A stretch of 64,000 bases of DNA, taken from the NCBI GenBank assembly GCA_963706955.1, contig CAVPOC010000011.1:19033-83032 (forward strand). Direction: 5' to 3'. Position 1 is the first letter of the stretch. Every line of letters begins with the position of its first letter. Origin of the DNA: an uncultured Verrucomicrobiae bacterium (GTDB lineage: Bacteria > Verrucomicrobiota > Verrucomicrobiia > Chthoniobacterales > Terrimicrobiaceae). Shown here in pieces: positions 21,255 through 32,668 of this stretch. The position numbers and the translations under genes were made by a program. The notes beneath the pieces are model-generated. The model did not search any database. It saw only the letters and a program-made list of their open reading frames with translations, and was not told where the DNA came from.

Positions 21255-22497
21255 TCACGATTCGTTCATTTTCTCGCGCGACTCAGCATCGAGCATGCGG
21301 GGCGCGAATCGTTCCGTCAGGACCGGCCCGAGAATGGAAGTGACCAGCATCAGGACGAGCACCGTATTGAGCATTCTTTCATCAAGCAGCCGCTGACCGT
21401 CGGCGTTAACCGTATGATAGGCGACAAGTGTTGCCGCGAGCGTGGCAGCGACTTGTGGCAGGGTCAGCGCCCATGTCGTCAATCGCGCCGCGGGCGTGTA
21501 GCCGAAGGCGCGGCCAACGACCGTCGCAGCGATCCACTTTCCCAGCACGAGCGTGGCGATGACTCCGACGACCAACGGCAGGTTGCCGACGACGCTCTGG
21601 ACGAACGTCGAAGGATCGATGAGAAACCCGGTGGCAACGAAGAAGCTGGGAATAAATAAGGCTTTGCCGATGAATTCCAGTTTGGCCGTGGCCGCCCGGT
21701 CGCGGACCGCGGCGTTAACTGCCAGTCCCGCCAGAAACGCCCCGACGATGTCCGGCAGGTTGATGAAATCGGCCACCATACCGGCAACCGCCATGATTGC
21801 GAGCATCAGGACGAACTCGGCGTCTTCTTTGTCACGCACCTTGCCTAAGCGCGTAGGCGCCGACACGACTAAGCCCGAAGAGAATGAGCGGAACGAAGAG
21901 GGCGATCTCCATGAGTTGGGTGGCAAGCCCGGTCGGCGAGAAGCCAGTCGTATAGGTCGAAACGCAGATCGCGAAGACGATCAGCGACAGTGTGTCCGAG
22001 AGAACCGTGGCGCCAATTGTCACGATAACCGGCTCGAGCTGGATAACACCGAGCCGACGGACAATCGATAGACCGAGCAGAGTATGGGACGCGAGTAGTG
22101 ACCCGACGACGATCGCGGGAATAATGGCATAGCCGAAGGCGAGCCCAAGCAAGGTGCCTAGGAGCAAGGGCACAGCAGTGGTGACCAGGCCGAAGATGAT
22201 TGACCGGGTCTGAGCCTTGCGGAAGAGAATGACGTCGACCTCAAGACCCGCCGAGAACATCAGCAGCAGCTTGCCTAACTCCGCGAAGAAGTCGGCGATT
22301 GGTCTGTGTTCACCGAAGAGGCCGAGGACATGCGGCCCCAAGACGACCCCGAAGAGCAACAACCCGACCATCTCCGGGATCCCGACGCGGCGGGCAAGCG
22401 GGGGAACCCCGACGATGATCGCCATGGCGATAGCGAACTTTGCCAGGGACGGCAGCGCTTGCACCAACGACCTCAACCCATCGATTGCGTCCATCAC
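21255..22497 (-). CDS. Cation:proton antiporter (CPA2-like), frameshift near 21845
   Basis: GVVLGPHVLG, LLMFSAGLE, ASHT, SDT, IVGAFLAGLA, PQVAATLAA across two frames. Confidence 0.88.
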
Positions 22498-22732
22498 GCC
22501 TTTGCCACATTAGCAGCCAGCCTCCGCTGAATTGCGAGCGGCGGGTCAAGTTTGTGGTAATTTTCATCTCGCGGTGAGGTCATGTCACCGCCGTCTGCCT
22601 GAGCGGAGTGCCCGCCACAACATTTCGGATGCCCGGCGACCGCAGCACTCCTCAGCTTTCTTCCGGTAAATTGCCGACGTCACGAGCGCATCGCAATCGA
22701 CCGAGATTTCTCATCGGCTGACATGCTGTTTT

Positions 22733-24050
22733 TCAGAATTTGACACCGACGCCCATGAACAGTCCGGATTGCGCGGCATCGTAAATCAGGCCGTTCTTGA
22801 CGTAATCCATGTAGAAATAGCGATAGCCCATCTCTGCAAAGAGATTGCGCGTGAAATTGACTCCGATGGAGCCGCTGGCAAACCATGCGATTTCAGAGCC
22901 TGCTCCGAAGCCGCCGACATCGCCCTGCAGCGCCAGGAAGAGCCAGCGAGTGAAGTTAATCTGAGTGCGGAGACCGATAATCGGATCCACCCACCATTGG
23001 TCGCCGGACCTCGATGTTGGGAGACGGTTTTCGAGCTCCTGGGAAAGGGCCTTGGATAGCCTCTTCTCGGCCTGAGCGACGCGAGCTTTGGCCTTGGTAA
23101 CCTCGTTCGCCTCCGCTGCGTCAAGTCGGGCCCGCTCTTGCGCCAGACGCTCCGCAAGCACGGCGTCAACAAAAGCACGGAATTCGCCACGCACGCCCTT
23201 GGCTATGCGCAGAATATCCTCGGTGCGAACTGCCTCTCGGAGAGGACGACTGCTGGAAAGCTCTCGACGCAGTCTGGCTTGCAGATCCGACTCAAGGTCC
23301 CGGGCAAGTCTGTTGCGCGCGTCCGTCTTCGAGGATGGCTTCCTCATTTCCCGATTCAGTCTGCAGTTTTTGCACTTCCGCGCTTACCGCGCGTTGGACG
23401 CGAGCCCCGACGGCGCCAGAAATGCGTTGGGTGGCATCGTCACTCACGCGCTGAATACCCGCCTCGTCAATGCTCGCGTCAACATCAATTCCGAAGTAGT
23501 TATAGCGTGCGCCCGCGTAAATATCGAGGAAGCCGCGTCGGTCGTCGATGATTCGGTAAGCGAGGGCAAGCTCCACCATTCCCTGCTGAAGTTTGATATT
23601 CGCGTGGTTGTAAAGCGGTCCGGGAGGATCGCCGCTCGCTGAGAGTTGGGCGAAAAATCCATCGCCGAGGATGCCCCACTTCCCCTTGCGCACCTCGCCC
23701 TCGGCCATGATCCCCCAATCAAGATGCTTGACCACGGTCACGGGGTTATAATCAACGTGAGTGTCAAACCTCTTCAGGCCGACCGTGCCGTCGACACCCA
23801 GGCCCCAAAGGTAGGGTTCGATAATGAAGGACCACCCGTTGGGATCTTTGCCGGGAACCACTTCGAAGCCGGTGTGTCGAGCGACGACCGAGTCGCCCAC
23901 CGACTCGACCGGCACGGTCTTTTTCAGTGAGTGTGTGCCGGCAGGGACGGGCGCGGCGCCAGGACTTTCAACCGGCGTGGGCGGAGCGGCAGGCAAAGTT
24001 GAAACCAGCGCGAAGCTGGCTAGGGCAATTGTCAAAAGGCAGTTCCGAAA
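22733..24050 (-). CDS. Outer-membrane beta-barrel protein with an internal helical insertion, frameshift near 23320
   Basis: Signal peptide; WSFIIEPYLW, GEVRKGKWG, GARY; WVDPIIGLR, GDVGGFG, GYRY; C-terminal GVGVKF; start uncertain. Confidence 0.8.
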
Positions 24051-24476
24051 AGAGCGCGGGAAGGTGGAGAGTTTGACGGGCTGTTGTCCGATCAATGCCG
24101 CTGCCGTCGGGATCGGGGAGCATACGCGTCCTCGCGTGTGATTGTCAGGCGTCCCGCCGGACAAGCCCATAGCGACGAGGCTGGTGACCTTCGCGCGGTA
24201 ATCTTCGCGATGATCGCGATAGTTTGCGTTATCTGCCTTTGAGCTTATCGACTTTCGCGCCCGGCGCGGACGCCGGGCGCCACACCCGAGGATTCGCCTA
24301 GGCGAATGCTCCCCAAACTTTCGCTCCTCAGCGCCCCTTTCGTAAAGGATTTCCGAGCGATGTCTTAGAAACGCAACCAGCCGGATGAAAGGCATGAAAT
24401 AGCTCCAGTTATTGCTCTCGTTTTAGTCGGGCAGCCGAGCTAGGCGACGTGCAGCTTCGCGATTTGATGCCCAGGA

Positions 24477-25558
24477 TCATGGCGCTTGCACGCAGCGAAA
24501 TCCAAGATGATTGGTTCCCGTATTAACCTCGCCTTTGCCGCGCGTTCCTACGATGTAGCGGGTGCAATATTGCTCGTTGCAGAGGAAGGAACCGCCTTTG
24601 TGAACGCGCTTTTTCTCTGACGGCTCGGCGGGATCGAAGGGGCTTTCCGGACCTTGCGGGTTTCGCGAAACGCTACCCTCCTGGGATAGCTTTTGAAAAT
24701 AATCGGGGCGATACCAATCGCTGCACCACTGCCAGACGTTGCCGGCCATGTCATAGAGACCGTAGCCATTCGGGGGAAACGATTTCACCGGCGCAATACC
24801 GGCAAATCCATCTTCGCCTGCGTCGTTAACTGGAAATTGTCCTTGATAGGTGTTTGCCGCGAACTTCCCGTCCGGTTTGAACTCATCGCCCCAAGGATAG
24901 AGCTTTCCGCTCAAGCCTCCGCGCGCGGCAAACTCCCACTCGGCTTCGGTTGGCAGTCGCTTGCCCGCCCACTTCGCGTAGGCGACCGCGTCGGGATAGG
25001 CGATTTGCACGACCGGATAGTTTTCCTTGCCCTTTATGTCGCTCTGTGGACCTTCCGGGTGGCGCCAGTTCGCGCCGTGCTGATAGCGCCACCACCGATA
25101 ATGATTGTTCAGCGGCACGGGGCGGGATGTGGGAGTGAAGACGATCGAGCCGGCCACGAGACTTTCCGGCGGCGCCGTGGGAAACTCTTCTTTGGTCGGT
25201 GTGCGTTCAGCGATGGTGATGTAGCCGGTCGCCTTCACAAATTTCTCGAACTCAGCGTTGGTGACAGGCGTCGCGTCCATCCAGAAACCATCGACGTAGA
25301 CACGGTGTATCGGAAGGGAATCGGCGACCGTCGCCGGTGAGCAAGAGAATTCGCCATCGCACTTTCCGTCGCTGCCCATCGAGAATTCTCCGCCCGGAAT
25401 CCAAACCATGCCCTCGGGCGCATGGCCGCGCGGCAGAGTTTTACTTTGTGCGTTGGATGCGAATGCCGGACTCTCGGCCTCCTGAGCGAAGATGGGAGAT
25501 GACGCGAGCAAGGATCAGTGCCGATCCAGTTGGCAGGGAACGTGACCGTGGCGTTCAT
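24477..25558 (-). CDS. Formylglycine-generating enzyme (SUMF1/FGE)
   Basis: IPGGEFSMGS, RLPTEAEWEFAARGG, YGLYDMAGNVWQW, KGGSFLCNEQYC (both catalytic Cys), HLGFRC; the leader appears frameshifted near 25510. Confidence 0.93.
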
Positions 25559-25576
25559 GGTTGGGCCGAGAAGTGC

Positions 25577-26182
25577 TCAGAGCTTCCGCTCGACATCTTT
25601 GATGCCGTCACCGATGTGTTGAAACCATTTTTTCACCTCTTCGCCGCCAGCTTTGACGCCTTCGCCAACCTTTTTGGCAGCGTTCACGGCCGACTGTGCG
25701 CCCTTCTTGAGTTCCGTGCCGGACCACTTGGCCGCGCCCGACAAGCTCTCGCCAGCCTTCTTGAGCGCACTAGTCGCATCCTTTCCTGCTTTCATGCTCT
25801 CCTCCGCGGTCGCGTGCCAAGCTTTGGCCAGTTCATTGTCCACATGGGCGAAGGTCTTCTTCAGCTCATCATCCGATTTCACTGCGCCGCTCTTAACGCT
25901 TTGGCCGAGCTTATCCAGCTCGTCTCCAGCTTCCTTCACCCCCTTTTTGGCGCTTGCGTCCACTTTCTCGGACTCTTTCTTCACGCTGGCGGCAGCCTTA
26001 TCGATGGATGCGGAGGCCTTCTGCATGTCCCCTTTGAGGAAGGACTCGTGCGCAGCCGCCATGGACTTGTCAGGTTCGGTGGAGAAATCGCTCGACGAGG
26101 TCGCTGCAACGGCTGCCGGAATGGCGGCCATCATGAGGGCCGCTGCGCTAACGTTGCGTAGCAATGAGATCTTGTTTTTCAT
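25577..26182 (-). CDS. Secreted Lys/Ala-rich all-helical hypothetical protein
   Basis: Signal peptide MKNKISLLRNVSAAALMMAAIPAAVAA; amphipathic helical repeats. Confidence 0.75.
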   Translation of the reverse strand: MKNKISLLRNVSAAALMMAAIPAAVAATSSSDFSTEPDKSMAAAHESFLKGDMQKASASIDKAAASVKKESEKVDASAKKGVKEAGDELDKLGQSVKSGAVKSDDELKKTFAHVDNELAKAWHATAEESMKAGKDATSALKKAGESLSGAAKWSGTELKKGAQSAVNAAKKVGEGVKAGGEEVKKWFQHIGDGIKDVERKL

Positions 26183-26243
26183 GGGTATCGCTTGGGTTTG
26201 GTTGATCGAAGATGAGTCGTCGTGGCCACCGCAACAGTCGCGG

Positions 26244-27248
26244 TCAGCGTGCGGCGACTTGGCCCAGGCCCAGGATTTTGAAACCCGGCTTGCTCTGGGT
26301 CTCACCATTGACTGGTTTGTCGGTTAGAACCATTGTCGTTCCCGGCTGCACCACGCTGCGCACGCTGGCGATGAAGGCGGCTGGAACGCCCGCACCCGTG
26401 GCAAGGTCGGTGAAGTTCGGATCTTTTGCGGCGGGTGCGCCATCCACACGCACCCACTTGCGTCTGCCTTCCGCATCGGCGCCATCGAGGGCGCTGTAAA
26501 CGTGCATCCCGCTCACGCCGCGCACAAAGGGCGCGCGACCGATCTCGATGCCATTGCGATACACATAGACCTGCTTGTCTGCCGCGGTGAAAAGGATCGT
26601 CACCGGCCCGTGGTCCGATTTCTCTGGCGTCCACGAGAACTCCCCTTGCGATAGCGATGCATCGGCGGCGGGCGGTGTGGCCTGCGAAAAAATCATCCCC
26701 GGATCCACCGTTTCGCGCGGCGCGGAGTGCTCATCCGCAATGATGACAGTACCGCCCTTGGTCGTCACGGTGAAGAGCAACTTGGAAAACTCCAGCGGCA
26801 GGCGCACGCAGCCGTGCGAATCCGGATAGCCCGGCAGATCGCCCGCGTGCAGCGCGATCCCGTTCCACGTCAACCGCTCCATCCACGGCATCTCCGCGCC
26901 TTTGTAGATCGTCGAAACATGATCCTTTTCTTTCTCGAGGATATCAAAGACACCGACCGGCGTCGGATGCCCTGGACGTCCCGTGCTCACGCTACTGCGC
27001 GCGATGCGGATGCCATTCCGATATACATAGGCGATCTGCTCGGGCTTGCTCACCACGATGAGTACCGGCCCCTCCGGCGCGCGCTCCGGTTCCCAGACAA
27101 AGTCGCCGGGCTTTAGCTTCGCAGTCGTTGGAGGGACCTGTTTGCCCTCGGTGAAAGTCTCGGCGAACACCGGCAGCGCGAATAATGAGGCGACGGAAAG
27201 CAAGGTGGTGGTAAGCGCGTGACGGACCATGTTGAGTTTTGGCTTCAT
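26244..27248 (-). CDS. L,D-transpeptidase family protein with a partly duplicated N-domain
   Basis: VSTGRPGHPTPVG, IALHAGDLPGYPDSHGCVRLP; W.PE....GPV.....Q..YVYRNGI.I occurs twice. Confidence 0.9.
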   Translation of the reverse strand: MKPKLNMVRHALTTTLLSVASLFALPVFAETFTEGKQVPPTTAKLKPGDFVWEPERAPEGPVLIVVSKPEQIAYVYRNGIRIARSSVSTGRPGHPTPVGVFDILEKEKDHVSTIYKGAEMPWMERLTWNGIALHAGDLPGYPDSHGCVRLPLEFSKLLFTVTTKGGTVIIADEHSAPRETVDPGMIFSQATPPAADASLSQGEFSWTPEKSDHGPVTILFTAADKQVYVYRNGIEIGRAPFVRGVSGMHVYSALDGADAEGRRKWVRVDGAPAAKDPNFTDLATGAGVPAAFIASVRSVVQPGTTMVLTDKPVNGETQSKPGFKILGLGQVAAR

Positions 27249-27286
27249 GAATGAAGGTTTAAATTCTTGGAAAGTTGAGTATTCGT

Positions 27287-28297
27287 TTATTGCTCGAACG
27301 CGAAGATCTTTTTCCAATCTTTCTTCATGCTGATGACTACCCAACCATCCTTCTTCGCCTCATCGTAAAGTGCCTGCGTGAAGGCGCCGACCTTCGTGTC
27401 CGGAAGTCCTTGGGCAGGACCGTAGGCGTACTCGCGCTCCGCATCGTCATGCAGGACGAGCATGGAGAGCCGCGCACCGTCGCCCGCTTGGGTGTATTCG
27501 AGCATTTGCCGGTCGCCGGTTGAGTTGCCAAAGGCAGCCAATGGCTGGCGCCCGATCATCAGGTGGATTCCTTCGGGCTTGCCGGCGTTGTTGTCGTTGA
27601 GCAGAAGCTTCGGTTCTTTGGTCAGAAACGGCTTGCCCTCCTTGTCGTAGCCATACTTCGTGCCACCAGCGGTGCCGACGACTTGTTCCGGCGGAATACC
27701 ATAGGTCTGCTCCGAGTATTCGCGCACAAAGTCCTGACCGCCGCCGGTAACGATGAAAGTCTTATAGCCGCTGGCGCGCAGATATTGCAGGACCTCCTGC
27801 ATCGGCTGATAGGTCAGCTCGGTATAGAGCCGGTCGAACCGCGGGTGCTTGGCAGTTGCGAGCCACTTCTTCACTTCGGCTTTGAACTCTTCCACCGACA
27901 TTCCCGTGAGGGTCGCCGCGAGGATTTTCTCGAGATCTTTCAGCGAGAGCTTTGCGATAGCTTTTCGATTGCCTGAGAGCACGGTCTTGAACGGTTCGAT
28001 CTTGTTGAGGTATGGTTTCTTTTTTGCCACCTCCGGCACGCGCTCCAGGCAATACAGGACCTGGGTATACATCGGATGTTCGACCCACAGTGTGCCGTCC
28101 TGATCGAAGGTGGCGATTCGTTCCTCGGCGGGGACAAACTTCGCGCCGCCGGTCTCCGTAGTGTCGCGAACAAAATCCAGGATGGCTTGCTTGGCAGGCC
28201 CATCGTTCCAGGAGGGCAACGGATCCTGGGCTCGCGAGGCGATGGTCCCGACAAGGATAATCGCAACGAGGGAAAACGCGTTGCGGATCGATTTCAT
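27287..28297 (-). CDS. Secreted HAD-family hydrolase (non-specific acid phosphatase-like)
   Basis: DPLPSWNDG, IATFDQDGTLW (DxD), IVTGGG, AFGNSTGD; probable start MKSIRN. Confidence 0.9.
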   Translation of the reverse strand: MKSIRNAFSLVAIILVGTIASRAQDPLPSWNDGPAKQAILDFVRDTTETGGAKFVPAEERIATFDQDGTLWVEHPMYTQVLYCLERVPEVAKKKPYLNKIEPFKTVLSGNRKAIAKLSLKDLEKILAATLTGMSVEEFKAEVKKWLATAKHPRFDRLYTELTYQPMQEVLQYLRASGYKTFIVTGGGQDFVREYSEQTYGIPPEQVVGTAGGTKYGYDKEGKPFLTKEPKLLLNDNNAGKPEGIHLMIGRQPLAAFGNSTGDRQMLEYTQAGDGARLSMLVLHDDAEREYAYGPAQGLPDTKVGAFTQALYDEAKKDGWVVISMKKDWKKIFAFEQ

Positions 28298-28421
28298 GAT
28301 AGTTAGGGTCTGCACGGTGATGTTTGGTTTGCGGGGCCCACAGAGGAAAGTCGCCATGTGCAAGAGCAAGCTGTTCGCGCTACTCTCTTGCATGAGTTTC
28401 ATCTCAATCGTTAGGTTAGGC

Positions 28422-29968
28422 TTAGTTTTTCGGGCCGCTCTGAAGTGCCTCCAGCACTTGGTCGAGGCTGAAGCTGCCTGGCTTTTGGCGCGGCGGGAAG
28501 TCCTTAAAAGTATCCAGATGCCTGGCGACGTATCCCTGTGCAGGCACGAGAACAAAGGCGTGATCTACGCGCCAGTGGTCGTAATCGGCAGCTTCGTGAT
28601 CGGCGCGCTCATACGGGTCGGTGCGCAGGCAAAACAGCTTGGGAAAACGTAGAGTCACCAGCGGGTCTTGCCACACGTCCAGACCGTGAGCGCGTTGCTC
28701 CTGAAAGACAATTTTCCAACGGCCGTAGCGCAGGCCGCAGAGGTCGCCACCGTCCGTCCAGTAGAAGAACTCCTTGCGCGGCGCTTCCTGAACCTCGCCC
28801 CTAAAATAGGGGAGGAGGTTGTAGCCATCGAGATGGACCTTATAATCCCGTCCCAGAGCATTAACCCCGCCAGGAGCTTCTCCTTGATGTCCGGCTCGCC
28901 GGCGGCCGCCAGCAACGTCGGCAGCATGTCTTCGTGCGAGAAGACATCATTGTAGATCGTCCCCGGTTTGATCACTCCAGGCCACCGGATCAGGCAGGGA
29001 ACGCGATAGCCGCCTTCCCAGTTCGAGTTTTTCTCGTTGCGAAAGGGCGTGCTCCCGCCGTCCGGCCACGAGAAGCACTCGGCTCCGTTATCGGTGGAAT
29101 ACATCACGATGGTGTTTTCTTCGAGACCCAGTTCTTTGAGCTTGTCGAGAATCTGGCCAACCTGCGCATCGTGTTCCACCATGCCGTCCGGGTAAACTCC
29201 CAGACCGGTCTTGCCTTGTGACCCGGGCTTGAGATGCGTCCAGATGTGCATGCGGGTAGAGTTCCACCACAGGAAGAACGGTTTGTCCGCCTGCTTGGCG
29301 CGCTCCAGGAAATCGAGGGCGCCTGCGGTGACCTCATCGTCAATCGTCTTCATGCGCTCAATGGTCAGCGGGCCGGTATCTTGAATTTTGCCATCGGAGG
29401 TGGATTTGATCACGCCGCGCGGTCCGAATTGCTTCTTGAACTCAGGGTCCTTGGGATAGTCCGGATGCTCGGGTTCCTGCTCGGCGTTGAGGTGGTAGAG
29501 GTTGCCGAGGAATTCGTCAAAGCCGTGGTTGGTCGGCAGCATCTCGTCCAGATCGCCCAGGTGATTCTTGCCGTATTGCGCGGTCATGTAGCCCTGGTTC
29601 TTCAACAATCCGGCAATCGTTGGGTCCTTTACGGAGATGCCTTCCTTTGCCCCAGGCAGACCGACTTTGAGCAAACCGGTCCGCAATGGACTTTGCCCGG
29701 TGATGAACGCCGCGCGTCCGGCCGTGCACGATTGCTGGCCATACCAGTCCGTGAACAGCGCACCCTCTTTGGCGATGCGATCAATGTTCGGTGTCTGATA
29801 CCCCATCATGCCGCGGTGATAGCAACTCGGATTGTTCCACCCGATGTCGTCACCCCAGAGGATGAGGATGTTAGGCTTGCCCGCCGCATGGGCCGAGGTG
29901 CAAGCGCCAAAGAGCACCCCGCACGCCGCCAGAAAACGCAGTCCGCGTGTCATGTTATCCAGTTTCAT
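28422..29968 (-). CDS. Arylsulfatase paralogue 1 (Cys-type, CTAGR), frameshifted near the 3' end
   Basis: [53 protein letters not shown]. Confidence 0.93.
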
Positions 29969-30084
29969 AAGTGAGAAGGTTGGGGGTTCCAATTCGCAAA
30001 GGACTATTCGCTGGTGAATCCGCGGGCCACACCTCGGCGGCCCGCGCGTTTCACGATCGAAGGGAAGCGTTAGTCGGATAAGAA

Positions 30085-30113
30085 GGCGGGCGGCCCTTGC
30101 GAGCCGGCCCGCC
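30085..30113. repeat. GC hairpin downstream of sulfatase 2; second copy at 32614-32642
   Basis: GGCGGGCGGC-CCTTGCGA-GCCGGCCCGCC. Confidence 0.7.
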
Positions 30114-30128
30114 CTGTGAGCAGTTGGG

Positions 30129-31867
30129 CTACTGAGCGTTGTGTTCCTGGATCATCTTATCGATCTTGGCCTTGACCGCCGAGAGGTTGAACGATGCCGG
30201 ATCCTGCATCGGCGGGTAGTCAATCGCCGTCATGAGCCAGCTTGCCGACTTCCTGCTGGACGAGCACGAAACGCCAGAACTCGCGGGCGAAAAAGTCGTT
30301 CCTGTAGCCGCCAGGCGCCGTCGTTCGGCGACTCGCCGCGGAATGATCGGCGTCCGCTCAAACGGATCCTGCCGGAGATTGACCATGCATGGGCATGTCG
30401 GTCGTGGTCTTTTCTCCCGGCCAGCCCCAAGGTTGCTGATAGAAGACTGGAACTTCAAGTCGTCGAGGCGCACCGCGCCGAGGTGCGGCCCACCGAAGTA
30501 GAAGAGCTCGTGCCGCTTGGATGGTCCGCCGCCCGTGAGCAAGTCCATCTGGTTGTAGCCGTCCAGATGATTCTTGTAGAAGCGGTCGCCAAGCGTCACG
30601 CCCGCGAGCAACTGGTCGATGATATTAGAATTACCGGCGGCGGCCATGAGAGTGGGGAACCAATCGAGGCCGGAGAAGAGTACCGTTCTCGAACCGTGCC
30701 CGGCTTGATGTGCCCCGGCCAGCGGGCGATGCACGGCACGCGGAAGCCGCCTTCAGACGACGGTGCCTTTAGTGGCCTTGAATGGCGTCATCCCGCCATC
30801 CGGCCAGGTGAAGACTTCGGCGCCGTTGTCGGTGGTGAAGACCACGATGGTATTGTCGGCTTCACCGATGTCATCGAGGTGCTTGAGCAATGCGCCGATG
30901 GAGTCGTCCATCTGCTGCCATGCCCGCCTCTTCGAGACCGTAGTTGGTCTGGCTGTTCTGCATCGAGGACTGTACTTCTTGGAGAGGAAGGTCCAGACGT
31001 GCATGCGCGTGGTGTTGTGCCAGACGAAGAACGGTTTGCCGTCCTTTTTCGCCTTGTCCATGAAGTCGCTGGAAGACGTTGACCAGCACTTCGTCGAAGG
31101 TGGTCATGTCATACTTCGCCTTCAGAAACGGCAGGTCGTGCATGTTCGGCACGTTGGACATATCCGGGAACGGCGGCAGCGGACCTTCATCCACGATTTT
31201 CTGTTTGCCGACCTTGCCCCAGCGCGGCATTTCGGTCGGATCGTCCGTTTCGGTCGCCCAGCAGTGCACCAGGCTGCGCGGGCCATACTTGTTGTAGTAG
31301 GCCTCGTCGATTGGGAACGAGAACCAGTACGGGTCCGACATGGCGTCGAGATGATAGAGGTAACCGAAGAATTCGTCGAAGCCATGCACGGTCGGCAGGA
31401 ACTTGTTCAAGTCGCCGAGGTGATTCTTGCCGAACTGCCCGGTGGCGTAGCCCTGCGCCTTGAGCGCGGTTGCGAGGGTGCAGGCTTGAGCCGGGATGCC
31501 CACATCCGCTCCGGCCTGGCCCACGGTTGTCAAACCCGTCCGAAGGGGCAACTCGCCGGTGATGAAATTGGCCCGACCCGCAGTGCAGCTTGCCTCAGCG
31601 TAGTAGTCAGTAAAGCGCATGCCCTCTGCGGCAAGCTTGTCGAGGTTTGGCGTCTTCCCGGACATAATGCCCTGATGGTAGGCGCCGATATTAAACCAAC
31701 CGACGTCATCTCCCATGATAACGAGGATGTTGGGTTTCTTTGCCGGTTGCCCAGCCGGGGATGGAGAGGCTTCCGGATTCTGCGGCTTGGATGGACAAGC
31801 CTGCGCCTAGTAACGCAGCCGTGGCCGCAAGCAGCGACAAGCGGCTATGAATTGATTTGCGTTTCAT
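30129..31867 (-). CDS. Arylsulfatase paralogue 2 (CTAGR) with several frameshifts; possibly a pseudogene
   Basis: MKRKSIHSRLSLLAAT leader, MGDDVGW, ASCTAGR, GKNHLGD, TTDNGAE, DPFER, DYPPMQD across at least five frame segments. Confidence 0.88.
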
Positions 31868-32045
31868 TGTTTGGGGTTTTCTATTTTTCTGGTTGGGCTG
31901 GACTCAGGGAGTGATCGCCTGATTTGCCAACAAACTAGTGAATGCGCGAGCGAAAACTGGCGTTGATGTGCACGAGTCTCGCACGCCTTACGCGAGCCGC
32001 CTCTGACGAAGCGGCGCGTACGTTTCACTATCAAAAAACAATGGC

Positions 32046-32542
32046 CTAGCCGCCGCTGCCTTTCGTACTTGGGCGGATTGTTGATATCCAGCAAGGGCAC
32101 GGGGTTTTCCGGTCTCTGAAGATTCAGCATGATGTCGTTTGAGGCGCCACCCGGATATCGCTTGATGTTCGGATACTTCACGATCGTCTTGTCGAACTTG
32201 AGGAGCACTGGCTCGATGAGCGCCAATACCCGTTATCCTGGCCCGCATACTTGCCCGGCGAGCTCGAGGCCAGGCAATAGGACACGGCGCCGTTGAAGGT
32301 CATGTCGTATTTTTCGAATGGATCCATTGGACAATGTTGGGCGTCTGATACCCCATTATCCCGCGGTGATAGCAACTCGGGTTATTCCATCCGATGTCGT
32401 CACCCCAGAGGATGAGGATGTTGGGCTTCTTGCCTTGCCCCGGCGTAGCTTCAGCGGAGGCTGGATCCCCTGCCGTCGCGAGTGCCGGCATGAATATCAC
32501 GGCCGTGAGCACGGCAAGGATTCTGGCTGGTATTCGTTTCAT
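32046..32542 (-). pseudogene. Arylsulfatase paralogue 3, internally deleted (N-terminus joined to C-terminus)
   Basis: [31 protein letters not shown] runs directly into MDPFEKYDM...KYPNIKR; the catalytic core is absent. Confidence 0.85.
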
Positions 32543-32613
32543 GACGGTTTAGGTCGATTCGACCTGAGCTGGGCCGAGTTGGCTGCAGTTGAAAACAAGA
32601 TGCTTGGGCGAAA

Positions 32614-32642
32614 GGCGGGCGGCCTTGCGAGAGCCGCCCGCC
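32614..32642. repeat. GC hairpin downstream of sulfatase 4
   Basis: GGCGGGCGGC-9nt-GCCGCCCGCC, 10-bp stem; short T-run on the minus strand. Confidence 0.7.
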
Positions 32643-32668
32643 CTTGACATCAGGCTCGTCTCAGGAGA

